A stretch of DNA of 64,000 nt, taken from positions 3,596,001-3,660,000 of the forward strand of contig NW_026262604.1 in the NCBI RefSeq assembly GCF_021869535.1, written 5' to 3'. The stretch's first letter is position 1; every line of letters starts with the position of its first letter. Under the pieces are notes generated by a model that made no database searches, was not told the DNA's origin, and saw only the letters and a list, made by a program, of their open reading frames with translations. Position numbers and translations under genes: made by a program. This document shows, piece by piece, positions 1 to 12,915 of the stretch. The stretch is from Mytilus californianus (Eukaryota).

Positions 1-7
1 TGTATTT

Positions 8-51
8 GCACCAAACGCGCGTTTCGTCTACAAAAGACTCATCAGTGACGC
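8..51 (-). ncRNA. Type I hammerhead ribozyme (retrozyme fragment at window edge)
   Basis: Minus strand GCGTCA-CTGATGA-GTC-TTTTGTA-GAC-GAAA-CGCGCG-TT-TGGTGC; stems I-III can form; triplet is GUU. Confidence 0.8.
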
Positions 52-1201
52 TCGAATAAAAAAACGTTGAAAAGGCCAAATAAAGTACGAAGTTGAAGAG
101 AATTTGTTGGATGTACAAACGTCACTTATCGGCATTTTATGAATTTTTGAATTAACATGCAGATAAAATTAGTCACTCAATATCATAACCATTTAATAGT
201 TTGAATGCTATATACTATAATAGAGAAAATTCAAATGAAATATGCATCGTCTATTGATTTTAATATAAAGCGATGCAGTTTGTAATTAAAAGTCCTGAAA
301 TTTTACACAAGCACTTAACAAAATAGTTTTAAATATCTTTAATTTAAATAATTATGTTCATTGTATTCCTATTGCAATGAAATGATTCTTTAGAAAGAAA
401 ACTTGGTTTACACCCCTTGGGATTTTGTCGTTAAATTGAAAAAAAAATAGTTCAAAGATTGTTATTACTAATTAACTATTCCTGTCGTTTTTACTGAAAC
501 CATTAACGTGATAAATGAATGTGTTTTAAAATTTCTAACATTTGCTTTTATTGCATTTCTATATGGACATTCAAATACTGTAGAAGATGACGTAGTCATA
601 CTTACATAGGAATATAAGAAACGTATTAAAATTGTGGCGATTTCTAATTTTCGCTTATTTGTTTCTGAGGTTTTCTTTAATTGTGCATGTATTTTTTTAT
701 TATAAAATTGAGTGTTTTGCTTAGGGAACTTTATTTCGCGATTTTGTGTTACATGTTTACAGAGTAAAATGAATACAATGCAAAATTACGACTTTTGCAA
801 AGTTATCTTCTTACAAAAAAAAATCATTCATTTACATTGACATACACGCTTTACATATATATATATAGTCATTCAATTTTTAAATAATGTCGATACTTGG
901 TCATCATCATCCAGCTCATATTAACCAGACTTTAACACTCCACATACAACAAGCGCTAGAAAGAACAAACGAACCCACGACCTCCCGCACTGGAGGCGAG
1001 GAAGGCTAACACGAGACCACCGAGATAAAACATTGGCAAATTGCATGATCTGCTAAGGGGAAACCCAAACAATCGGATCCAAAAATTTAAAAGGAACACA
1101 ATGGCATGAACGCCTAATTCTGTCAAATTCTTTGGAAAATGCCTGTACCCAGTCAGGAATATGGCAGCTGTTTTTCACTTGTTCTGTTAATTAATAGCGT
1201 T

Positions 1202-1329
1202 TGATTTTGTTAGTTGTTATGGACTTCCCCTTTTAGTTTGCCTTGGAGTTCAGTGTTTTTGTTAGTGATTTTGTTAGTTGTTATGGGACTTCCCCTTTTA
1301 GTTTGCCTTGGAGTTCAGTGTTTTTGTTA
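1202..1329 (+). repeat. Tandem duplication, ~64-bp unit x2
   Basis: tgattttgttagttgttat...ggagttcagtgtttttgtta starts at 1202 and 1266. Confidence 0.85.
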
Positions 1330-2899
1330 TACCCTTTTATTTTACGATGGATATTCTGAGAAATGTCAATCAATTCTGATTAAGGGTATAGGAGGAGAAC
1401 GATATAGAAATGTGGTCGGTTGTGTGCGAATATGATAAAGTCCGTTTCGTTCCAAAGTAAGACCCAATAAAGAATTCGGATGGAGACATGTCAAGCGGTA
1501 ATGAGCAGTAGGGGATATGTAATTTGGGCGGAATAACAATCGGAAAAACACAAGAAAGAACAAACGGGCGGACAACTCCATTTTTATATGCCGCACGACG
1601 GAATGGGTATTAATAGACAAAAAGTGTGTTAGGATTTCAATTTTATGTATTAAGATAAGATCTTCAAAATCGAGGACGCTCTGAATCGACTCGAATATGA
1701 AAAATACATAACTCATAACAAGAAACCACAAATTGATAAAAAACAAATTCAAGTTACCTAAAATTGTTTATAGGAAATAAGAAAATCAAAGCTAAGTGAA
1801 ACGTTTATACTTTGCTGCATTATATGCCTGCATTAATACACTTTCGAAATATTTTTTTTTATTTTGAAAATGAAAAAAAAACACTCTAATAATTTCATCC
1901 GTTCGAAACCTAACATAAGTATAGGATATAGAGATTGAATAAAATAATAGAAAAGCAAGATATTTTCCGTGTGCCGTGTGGTTATTGGATATTTATAACT
2001 TCATCGTTTAGTTATTGGTTTCTGAACATAAAACACAGAAGCCTTACGACGCAAATTAAACGAAAGACATTTTGGCCAACTTATTTATTCTAAGATCTGA
2101 GCAACTTCACTCGATGTTTAATTTGTAATGTCCCTTTGGCATATTTCGCCTCTCTTTTAAATTAACTTAAATGTACACATACATGTTAGAATGAATAAAC
2201 GAAATTAAAAATATGACAACACTTACCACCTAGGTGCCAAAAATGCTGCATCAGAATAAAAGTTACCGTATGCCTTAGCATACTGAACTTTTCGGAATCA
2301 AAATTAATACTAAACTGATTAAAAGAGCAGCGCTGTAACAGATATGTAACGTAAATATCTATGTTAATTATTAATGAATTGCCATCAGTCTACTGTTCCA
2401 AATATGATGGTATTTGAAACATATATCAGGTGGAATATTGATATAATGGTGCATGGTTAATGATGCATTTTCAAATTTACTTTTTCTCAGTTTCGTCTTC
2501 TTGTTAGGTATACGTCGTAATTGTTTTTTGTTAGTTGTTTTATTATCTAAGTGTGTATTGTTTGACCTATAATTGACCAAATGACGTCTTTTCAGTGTTG
2601 CTCGGTCTTTATTTTTCTGTGTTGTATTTTGTGTACTATTGTTTGTCTTTTGGTCTTTTCTTTTTGCCATGGCGTGTCAGTTTATTTTCGACGTATGAGT
2701 TTAAAAGCCCCTTTGGTATCTTTTGCTTCTCTTTTTTATTGATTTGCAACTCACATATACACTAGTTTTAACGGTTTTTAACCCTAAGTATTATTAAGAT
2801 AATGTCTCCATCCATAGCATGATGTCAATCGATCAGATATAAAACACAAGATCGATTAAACAATATTCTAAAAAATGAATTTGAACTTTATCCGTATTT

Positions 2900-3110
2900 T
2901 TATACCAGTACTGAAGTACTGGCTACTGGAGTGATGATACCGTCGGTGATTAAAATTCCCCTGCAGAGGTATTGACAAAGTAGTAGTAATAACAATAACG
3001 CTACCGATTGTACTGCTTATGATACTGATATTGATAATTTATGTGTCTTCAGTGATGCTCGATGCCAAATTATTTAAAAAGCCAAAACCAAAGACAAATG
3101 TTGAAGAGCT
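2900..3110 (-). mobile_element. Highly decayed retrozyme-family fragment
   Basis: The reverse complement resembles the retrozyme spacer at 56100-56180 and contains gagcatcaCTGAAGA, but the rest of the core is lost. Confidence 0.45.
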
Positions 3111-3924
3111 GATACAACTTAAAGTACCTACAAAATAGATAATTCCGGCGCACAAAGAATCAGAGTGTTGCACGAGGGTTTATATTCTATACTATACACA
3201 AACTACAAAACCTTTTTTTATTTCCGTCTTTTAAAATTTATTCGTATGTTTGTTTGGATGTTTTCTTGTATATATACGATGAATGTTTACACACTTTTGG
3301 ATCCTAATTATCCTCACGTTGACCAATTATGTCTGTTTGGGTTGCTGACACAAATATTTTTAAACAACGGAGGTATATACATCTGTCATACAAGTGGGAG
3401 GTTCTGCTAGTTATAACAGCAGGTTCAACCCACTAATGTATTTGGAAAATACATGTACTAAGTCAGAAATATGACTTTTTTTCAGTCATTCCCATGTTTG
3501 ATATAGTCGCGCTTTTGTTTATCAGTTTTTATTGACTAGCTTCGGTAAGAATTTACCTCGGAGTTTACTATTTTTGTGAATACATTTTTTCGTTATTTTA
3601 AATTCAAACCATATTCGTACTTTCATGCCAGTTCCGAAGTATTGGTTTCTTGGCTGGTGTTAACCTCGGGACTAACAGTATGTACCTATAAGTAAATAAA
3701 AATCGTTTATGCATCATGTAAAGATTCACAACACATTTAATTTGTTACCGTTCGGTGACCTGTAAAATGTACAGGTACATAAAACAACACAGACTTTCGT
3801 TATCCTTTGTTTCATGTTGCTGCGGGAATTTGTGATATCGATCTCAATCGGTTCAAATTAATGACTTAACACTTGGTTTTTGTTGCTACTCACTGCACGC
3901 TGCAATTAGACTTAACAGCAAAAT

Positions 3925-4083
3925 NNNNNNNNNNNNNNNNNNNNNNNNNNNNNNNNNNNNNNNNNNNNNNNNNNNNNNNNNNNNNNNNNNNNNNNNNNNN
4001 NNNNNNNNNNNNNNNNNNNNNNNNNNNNNNNNNNNNNNNNNNNNNNNNNNNNNNNNNNNNNNNNNNNNNNNNNNNNNNNNNNN
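3925..4083. other. Assembly gap (159 N)
   Basis: Run of N. Confidence 1.
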
Positions 4084-4654
4084 CGAATAATGTCATGGTT
4101 AAGATCAATAAAGAAAAGCTGTCGCCTTAGAAGAGTACGGGATGACCCAATAGCAGAGTATTCTGAAGATAACGAATCTGCATTCTCCGATCAGCACTGT
4201 TTAAGGAGGGTGGTATATATTTTTTTTTTTCATTGGACGAATTACGGGTGGAGGGAGTACAATATAAGTTTTTTTTTTTAAGTGAAAACAAGACGAGGAT
4301 GAAACAACAGTAGGATAGCTTACGGCCTTCAACAATGACCAAAACCAAGCAGTACAGTAAGCTATAAATAGGTCTCGGTATGACATTATTCAAATAATTC
4401 AGAAGAGAAAAAAATAGGTTTGATTGGTGCTCAAAACAACAAACGAAAAACAAATACGACAGATTACAACATCTGACTGACATGCCCTGACGTCGGACCG
4501 GGACATATTGAATGTAAGCACTCAATCTTCCCATTATCTCGCATAGAGGTGTGACAGATAAAAATAAGAAAAAAAACTGTACAATTTAGTTGGAAATTGC
4601 TCGATTCATAAGATGGGCAAAAAGTATAAAAAAACAAAACAATTTGATACAAGA

Positions 4655-4870
4655 GAGGCTAAGTATACTAAAGGGACGGACATTCCAACTCACAGATCGA
4701 AAATAAATTGACAGGACCATGGCCAAAAAAGAAAAAGACAAACAGACAAAAACATTACACAAAATATAACATAGAAAACCAAAAACTGAGCAACACGAAT
4801 CCCCCAAAAAACTGGGGGTGATCTCTGGTGCTCCGGAAGGGTACGTAGATCTTGCTCTACATGTGGCACA
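4655..4870 (-). repeat. Abundant interspersed repeat family (gtgccacatg..gagcaggatctgc..acccttccggagcac)
   Basis: Related fragments at ~7440-7510, 19763-19912, 53063-53150 and 53412-53625. Confidence 0.65.
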
Positions 4871-7800
4871 ATATACCAATCCTACAGTACTCATTGGTAG
4901 TAAAAGTTATTGAAATCTAGCTCGCAGAAAATTTTATATGCCTTTTTTTAAATTCTCTCTTCATTTTTTTTAGAGTTTATTTATCTTTAAAAATCGTTGA
5001 TAAACTGATAGTCCAAATCTTTCAGGAACAGTTAGACTTAGATGGACTTGGCTATTCTTTTTATGTCACGTTTCCTTTTTAGACAAATAAGTTCTCAGTT
5101 TTCAATATTTTAAACATATCTTTCGCTTTCATATTTTTGTTGAAGATTTATCCGGGAAAGCGCGAAAACGCAACGTATCAATATCGTTTTTTTTTTCATT
5201 TGATTAATCAAAAAGGTCACCCATTTTCAGTTGGTAATGCTCTTGTCAACTTACAGGCCACCAGCAGAGACATCGATCAATGGTTAGGAATAACATTCTA
5301 CGGTTCAAATTTTACAACACCTGACATTTATCATGAGCTTATGAAAAATGCCACGAACTTCATCCCTATATCATTTTAGTAGAAAAACTGTCAAGTTTGG
5401 ATCTTTTTTTTTGCCATGTTTGGAATTTAATAAAAAAATATTTTGATAATGATCAGATTTATAAAAAGTAAAAGAACTTGAATATAGAAAATCACAAACA
5501 TCTCTTTTCAATGATTTTATTAGTAATTTGGAGAGGACTGTTTTCGATTTCAATGGCGAAGTTTCGGTAAGAGCCTATTTTGACCAAATATTAAGTGCAT
5601 ACTTTTAGGATGAAAAGAGTTTGAAGTTAAATAATATATTCGTGAGAAATTAAAACAGATCGATTTGTGTCGAGTTTTTTTTTAACAAAGCTTTGCAGAT
5701 TACATTCAAAAACTAAGTTGAAATCTGAATGTTTTCATTGACCTTGTGGGGAAATAAAGATGCATGCGCAGTATGACTTCATTGAAAGAACGCCGATGCT
5801 TAAATTACCTGTTTCTTATTTAGTCATTGTCAAAATTATGATAGATAGTGATAATCATAATTTTATAATTCAAGCTAACAGAGGGGACCTTATTGCATAT
5901 GTTCCTTATCATTGTGGAACAAAGTAATCACCTGCAATGACGACTCAGCTAAAAATGTTTTCTTTTAAAGTTTCTTGTTTTTACTAGTGATTTTTTTTAT
6001 ATATTTATAGATTATTGATGGTTTTTTAAACGAGAGGGAGTTTCTCAGCTACAATCTCATCGAAGGGCGACAGCCCTGAGATGAGATGTGGCTGAGAAAC
6101 ATCCTCGAGTTTGAAAGACCATTGATAATTTGTTTTTTCGCTATTTTGCCTATGATGTCGTTCATGTTTACACTGACAACGTCACGTGCGCCCTAAGTTT
6201 CTGACGATAATTTTCCATCTCAAGCGAGTAGCATGATATGAAAAATTATCACCAAAAAAGATCAATATATTTATATCATCGAAATAACAATAATATAATA
6301 TTTAACTGTCACTACTTTGAAGAATTAAAATGCACAAAAAAGCGATAATCTATAATTATTGTTTAAATGCACCGTCTTTATGTATCGATAGTTAAGCGAT
6401 ATTTTTCTTTATTTCATTGTATGTGTAAAAATGGATAGTTCAGATGTGCATCATCGTATCGACAGAAAAGTGATGTACAAACAATCACCGTTCTGTTGGG
6501 CATGGTTTTGGACAAGACAGTATGGATGATAAATATCTCATTATTAACTAAGGATATATATCCAATACGTCGAATTGAAGAGGTAAGTATAACTTCAACT
6601 GAATAATTTGAAATAACTAGGTACATGAAATTGTCATATATTTTGCGTATCCAATTCATAAGTGTTAATCAGAACAGTGAAATATCGTCATGGGACATTC
6701 TGACGCAGTAGCAACATGAGTGCTACAATGTAGTAAAATTGTATCAATTGTAAACATGCCAAATAACAATTACAATATATCTCAAGCAAGTTCGTTAGTT
6801 TTCTCGTTTGAATTGTTTTACGTTTGGCAATTTCAGGGCCTTTTATAGCTGACTATGTGGTATATGTTTTGCTCATTGTTAAAGGCCATGTTAAGACCAA
6901 TAGTTGTTAAATTCATGTCATTTGATCTCTGGTGGAGAGTTGCCTCATTGGCAATCGTTATATTTTTAAAATTAAAATTACAATGTATCATTTATTTCAT
7001 GCATGTCAAACAATAAGCTATAAATGAATTGTACTCTCTTAGGAATACCCCAACAGCATCGTTACTGGCCAAGTGACAGTTTAGAACAAGTTTTATCAAA
7101 GAAAACTGAAAGTAAAATATATCATTTAAGAAGCTAGTACCGATATACTTTGGTTGTTACAAAAACTAAAAGAAAAGTCACATTTGCATTCTTCATTTAT
7201 TATATACACCGTGTTGTATTATCTTTTGCACTCTTTGAATATTACTTCGATTTATTTTGTTTTCAAACACTTGTCTTTCATTCTTACACCTCACCTGTAA
7301 CAGAAATTAAAAAAGATATGTATCAATGTATCTTAACTTCCAACCAAAATAAAAACATAAAACATAAACATCATTTCACATTTCCTGGAATGTGACGTAC
7401 CAAATTAAACTTATCACCTGGTTTGTACTTACATGAGGTACACGACGGGTGCCACACATGAGCAGTATCTGCCTATCCTTCCGGAGCGTGTGAGATCACC
7501 CTCGGTTTTTATTATTTGTCTTGTGGTCGTCTTTTGTTTTGCGTTTTCGTCTTGTAAATAGAAACAAGACGATATGGTATGAGTGCCAATGAGACAACTC
7601 TCCATCCAAGTCACAACGTGTAAAAAGTAAACAGTTTGAATATCCCTTTGGGGTCTCTCGACTCTCTTTTACTATTTTTCAAAACATACATGTATTTCTA
7701 TAATTTGATCATATGAACCTAAAAATATTTATATTTTTTGCCAATATTTAGATAATCTATATAAATTAATATCAAAGAGGTAAATGTTCAAAGAAAATAA

Positions 7801-8709
7801 TTTTTGTCTCACAAAGTTTGGAGGCCTTAGATTCAAAATGAAAATTATCATCACTACAAAACTGTATTTTTTACGTTTTTTTTTTTGAAAAATGTCCGTT
7901 TTTTCCTCAAATACATATGCATTTCAAGATAGTTTATGAACTGGTAGAAATTAGAATGGCCACATTGGACATTAAGTGTTACTAATGTCTGTCGAACGAG
8001 TAATGTGAACCTATTTTACCACAGTGTACTTAAATAGAGTACCTTAACATAACGTCACTGGTCTAGTATTTGAAGGTACACAAAGACACAATCCATTGGG
8101 AAATAACGTGCATTTATCTTTAACTGTGAAAACAAATAATCATAATTTAAGAAACTTGACATAGTACTATAGATGGTGTTTTTCAGATTTTTGTTTTGTT
8201 AGCAAGAAATGATATGTCTAAAAAAATAAACAATTCATACGCAAAATCTATTTTCAAACTATATTAAAAAGAAAAACAATCTAATAACACAAATTAAATT
8301 TTCTAAATATTTTTTGGCCGTGAAAACGAATTTGTTAGATCACCTGTTACCTTCGTAATATAAGACAAATTCTAAGATCATATATAAAAACATTTACATC
8401 TGCAAAATCATTTTAGCATGATATCATCTTTTTCATTAATGGAATTACATTATTGTTCTAACTTTAGTTTTTGCTTATGGTATTCACGCACATGAACCAA
8501 GATGGTTTTCTATTCCTCTCGATATGATAGAACCAACTTCAATTTAAGTTTATGTTTATATCACTATGAATTACATTAAATACAACAAAATGCTCTTAAT
8601 GGTCAATTATCGTATTAACCATGTTAAATAAGGAAAATCTGACGGGTTAAAATGCTAAGAAAACCAACTTACTTGTCTTGTCATAACAAAATATAAGACT
8701 ACTCTTTAA

Positions 8710-8984
8710 GAGGGTATCCAACACTTTGACTAATATAGATTTGGCTCGTTTAATTTTCATAAAGTTTTGACAAAATATTTACTCTGACCTGTTGACAAAA
8801 AAAAATGATAATTTCTAGAAATTTGAATCACACAATTTACAGGAATAATTTGGTTGGATATATAGCAGTTTGAAAAACACTAATTTTGATCGTTGAAAAG
8901 CTTGATGTCTCCTTACTACTACTATGTGAATAAAACGTTCAGCTGATTTTTAAGAGTTAACTCCCTTAGGTGTTCTGTACCCCC
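8710..8984. mobile_element. Non-autonomous DNA transposon (Kolobok-like MITE)
   Basis: TTAA at 8706-8709 and 8985-8988; imperfect TIR GAGGGTATCCAACAC versus GGGGGTACAGAACAC (11/15). Confidence 0.6.
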
Positions 8985-9043
8985 TTAATAAAGTTCGAGA
9001 AAGTTATTTCCAAAAGAAGAAAACATTCTTCATTTTTTTTTCA

Positions 9044-9236
9044 GATCGAACAATTTAGACGGATATATACACTTTCAGATCATTTTAGCTATAAGTTTGT
9101 GTATAGCAAGGTAGAAGTGGTTAGCTTTGAAATGATTTTCTTTGATGCAGACTCTCAGCTCACACTTATCATATGTTGACACAAACATGGTTTAAGCACA
9201 GTAATCAATTAGTAGTTATCTGCTTATATATAGCTT
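9044..9236 (+). repeat. 193-bp dispersed duplication, copy 1
   Basis: Ungapped match to 10141-10333 with 8 substitutions (hand count). Confidence 0.9.
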
Positions 9237-9258
9237 AAATTAAGCTTGTTACAGTAAG

Positions 9259-9330
9259 TCCGATGTGGTCTAGTGGTTAGGATTTCTGGTTTTTACCCAT
9301 ACGGCCCGGGTTCGATTCCCGGCATCGGAG
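9259..9330 (+). tRNA. tRNA-Glu-type body with anticodon TTT; probable pseudogene or variant
   Basis: Acceptor TCCGATG/CATCGGA, D arm TGGTCTAGTGGTTAGGAT, T arm CCGGG-TTCGATT-CCCGG. Anticodon stem TCTGG/CCATA has one mismatch; loop TTTTTAC. Confidence 0.75.
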
Positions 9331-9665
9331 CCTTAGTTTTTGGTCATCTTTATCACATTACTGTTCTTGTAATACATGCCATTAAGAAAGAAAAAGTTGC
9401 AGATGAGGAGTTTACTTAGTTAAGACATTTTTTCCGACTTTCAACTGACATAGGAAATGGTTACATCATTTGATTTACATAGATTTGTAAAAGGAAATTT
9501 TCAAACAGACTGTAGTAATTCTTTGAATGTTGTAACATATCACCAAAATTAATTTTAAACAACCGTCCATTATTATTAAGTATTGGAACTGTAAAACTAG
9601 TATGCTTTCCTCACTCTACATTGCCAGTTGGTACATTTGAAAGTTGCAAAGATAAGAAAAAAAAA

Positions 9666-9736
9666 TGCATCGGCCGGGAATCGAACCCGGGCCGCCCGCG
9701 TGGCAGGCGAGCATTATACCACTGAACTACCGATGC
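9666..9736 (-). tRNA. tRNA-Gly (GCC)
   Basis: Minus strand GCATCGGTAGTTCAGTGGTATAATGCTCGCCTGCCACGCGGGCGGCCCGGGTTCGATTCCCGGCCGATGCA, 71 nt. Perfect acceptor, anticodon and T stems, followed directly by a T-run (Pol III terminator). Two deviations from the usual invertebrate sequence, one of which breaks a D-stem pair. Confidence 0.9.
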
Positions 9737-10140
9737 TTATGACACATGATGTCTAACTCGAACATATAACGGCAGTACATGATTACTACGTGTTACATAG
9801 TATGTATGATATATGGCATGTTTATTATACAACATTGTCGGTACAACATGTAAAAACACGAAAAACATGTTTGACAAGAGAGGAATCGACGGGCATTTAG
9901 TACTAATTCCATTGCTAATCTGCAACATAATATCGTGATTCAAATGCTATGATAAGTGTGCTGTCGGTTTCGTGTCTAATTCAATTGAAACTTCACAATG
10001 AAAATCAAGATGTAAAAAGGGGGAGTGGGTATAACTAATCAAATTCGGTAAAGAAACATTAATAACGTTCACTGTACGTAGTTTTCAGTTTGGGCGACTT
10101 TGCCGACTAACTACCTATACATAATCAATACAGATTTTTA

Positions 10141-10333
10141 GATCGAACGATTTAGACGGATATATACACTTTCAGATTATTTTAGCTATAAGTTTGTGTA
10201 TAGCAATGTAGAAATGGTTAGCTTTGAAATGATTTTCTTTGATGCAGACTTTCAGCTCACACTTGTCATATGTTGACACAAACATGGTTTAAGCACAGTA
10301 ATCAATTAGTCGTTTTCTGCTTATATATAGCTT
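10141..10333 (+). repeat. 193-bp dispersed duplication, copy 2
   Basis: Direct-orientation copy of 9044-9236. Confidence 0.9.
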
Positions 10334-12915
10334 GACAGGATGCCGACCTTACATTGACCCCGCTACAGGAGTTAAAATACATTTCTTTCCCCTTTCCTTG
10401 ATTGACCTGATGATTTATCGACCAAAAACGTAAAAGGTGAAAATATGTTAATTAATATATTCTACGCCATATCTGGAATTTTATTTAAAAACAAAATCCT
10501 TGTGTTATTCTTTTTTTAAATGACCCTTTACTTCCACTATAACTGACAAAATAATAAGTGGACGATCGGAAATGTATATGTTTAATTATATTATATTAGG
10601 TTAATATAATGTTTCAACTTAACATGCGTTTTATGAAAATCTTCAACATAGGGATTTATATAATATATTGTTGATTCCTGGCACAGTTTGTATTCTTTTA
10701 AATTTTGATATGCCACGTAAATTACTTAAACTATCGTTTGTGATGTTGATACACCTTTAATCATTATTTTCAAGTTAAACATTTATTTTCAAAATGTAGA
10801 TTATGAATTCTAAAAGTAGTTAATAACAATTGATGATTGACCCATTTTATAAATATTTAAGGCTAAGGAAAACTCTGATTGTCTCCCAAAGTCCAAGGGT
10901 GTTGTTCTCTTTTTTTCTTCTTTCCTGATTTTGGCTTTGGTGCTGGCATAAAATCAGTCTGATAGTTTTACCGACCTATTCACATATTTTCAAGCTTGAA
11001 AAGGTGACGTTTTCCAGTTGCACGTCCTATCATCTTTTTTTGTCAATGTTAAGTTCATCCAATATTCATATAACGCAGTGGTAGTCTTATGATTGAGATA
11101 TACTAAGAATCGTCAGTGTTATGATAACCTGATTATCGAAACAATGGTTTTTATGTTTTCTTTTATTTATGTGGATTGTGTTAGTCAACTAATCATTATC
11201 TCTGTTTTTATGTACATTTTGTGAGAGACTGATTATGCTGTCGGTTTTCTATGTATATTTTGTAAGTTATCTGATTATTTTCTCGTTTTTTATGTAGATA
11301 TTGTAGTTACCTGATCTGAAAACAAATTTTGAGTTATTTCAACCCCAAAGATTCTTATTTACTCAAATCATAAAGGCCCCAACTAGGCTAGGACGTTAGA
11401 TGAATTTTGATTGTATTAATCCTGGTCAAAACGATACAGACCAGATGGTTTCAACAATTTTCGTTTATTGGTGTATTGTATTCAGATATCAATTGTGTTA
11501 TAAATTGTAGTTTATTGGAACTTGTAGATTATAAATTGGAAAGAAAAAAGGATCTATATCGAAATAGGGTGGGTTTAGATTGATTGATTGTTTGATTGAT
11601 TGATTTAATCTTAATTCATTTGTATATTTCGGAGTTGAGGTTGCCGTCAGGTATACAAGTACTATATATACCATGGCTCTTACGAGTTAACATATTTAAA
11701 CAAACGAATCCAAAGGATGAGTTTGTTTAAATATGTTAATGAGTAAGACATGTGGTATATATAATTTGTAATATAAATAAAATGATTGACAGCTTGAACT
11801 AAGCTCGCGCAAGTCAGTTGTGCGCCCCGTGTATGATTGTATGCGCAGGTAATTTCATTATGTCATCTGAAAGTAAACAAAAATGTCGGATTCCAGCAAC
11901 AAGGATTAAATAATTATTCTAATGACGGTGAGTTTGGTTTTTTGTTTTATTGGTTTTCAAGATATCATACAAATCAATTATATTTTACAGGTTGCTCATT
12001 TCATTGGAAAAATGTATATTTTTACATTTAAAGTTTTCGTACAAACTGCTTTTCTTCCGTAATTTTATTAATTTGATAATTAGATTATTTATAAGAACAT
12101 AATTTTAATAATAAAACACTAAACAGTGGCGGACCCAGGGAGCGTAGAAAGTGTACGTCCCCCTATTTGATCGCAAAAAAAATCATGTTTTTTCACAAAT
12201 TAAATGAAAACAAATAAATGTTCATGACCTTTTACGTTTTCCAGTTTCCTTAATATTTCAGAGGCGGGTATCTTTCAAAAAAGGTGTGGAGCTTCAGCCA
12301 TGGAATAACATGAAAATGAATATGTTGTACCATAGCTAAGCTCCGCCTTCTTTCCTTTAGATTTTAGTTGAGCTGCATATCTAATTATCAAAGTATGGTA
12401 CAACATCAAATTGCAGATAATATACCATGGTTTTCCCTCAACACGCTTTTTAAGCAAATTATTTCATTAAAACATCTAAAGAAAAAATGCAATTTATATT
12501 ACAATATTGTTTAGTGGCCAGCTGGACCCGCATCCGGGTGCTTGAATTTTTCTCATCGTTGCATACCCATTAGTGGCATTCGGCTGTCTTCTGCTCTTTG
12601 GTGGAGTTGATGTATGATTGGCGCGATCCATGTTTTCATCGTCTATTTTACATGTAGTTTAGTGAATTTGAATAATTGGTTTGTTTAATTCTTCGACGTA
12701 TTTTCTCTTTGATGCAATTATAAAATTTATTAATGCTTATAAGTGTTATGTATATCCTTGAACAGTGTAATATTCGTTTTGTAATTGTACTTTCTTTTAG
12801 CTAATGTTAAACATAACGTTCATCATACATCATAGTAAACTGCAATATAACCATCACAGTGGTTATTACTAGTGTTTTTAATTGATTATGTCAGACAAAA
12901 ATGAATGTTCCTTAA

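Noticed and set aside
965-1025. tRNA-Trp-like (CCA loop) sequence on the minus strand
   Set aside because: No acceptor stem and an incomplete T arm; it looks like a SINE head rather than a tRNA gene.
4084-4300. Broken frames (KEKLSP, RICILRSAL, TNYGW) reminiscent of DNA-transposon protein C-termini
   Set aside because: Motifs are short, frameshifted and next to an assembly gap; too weak without a search.
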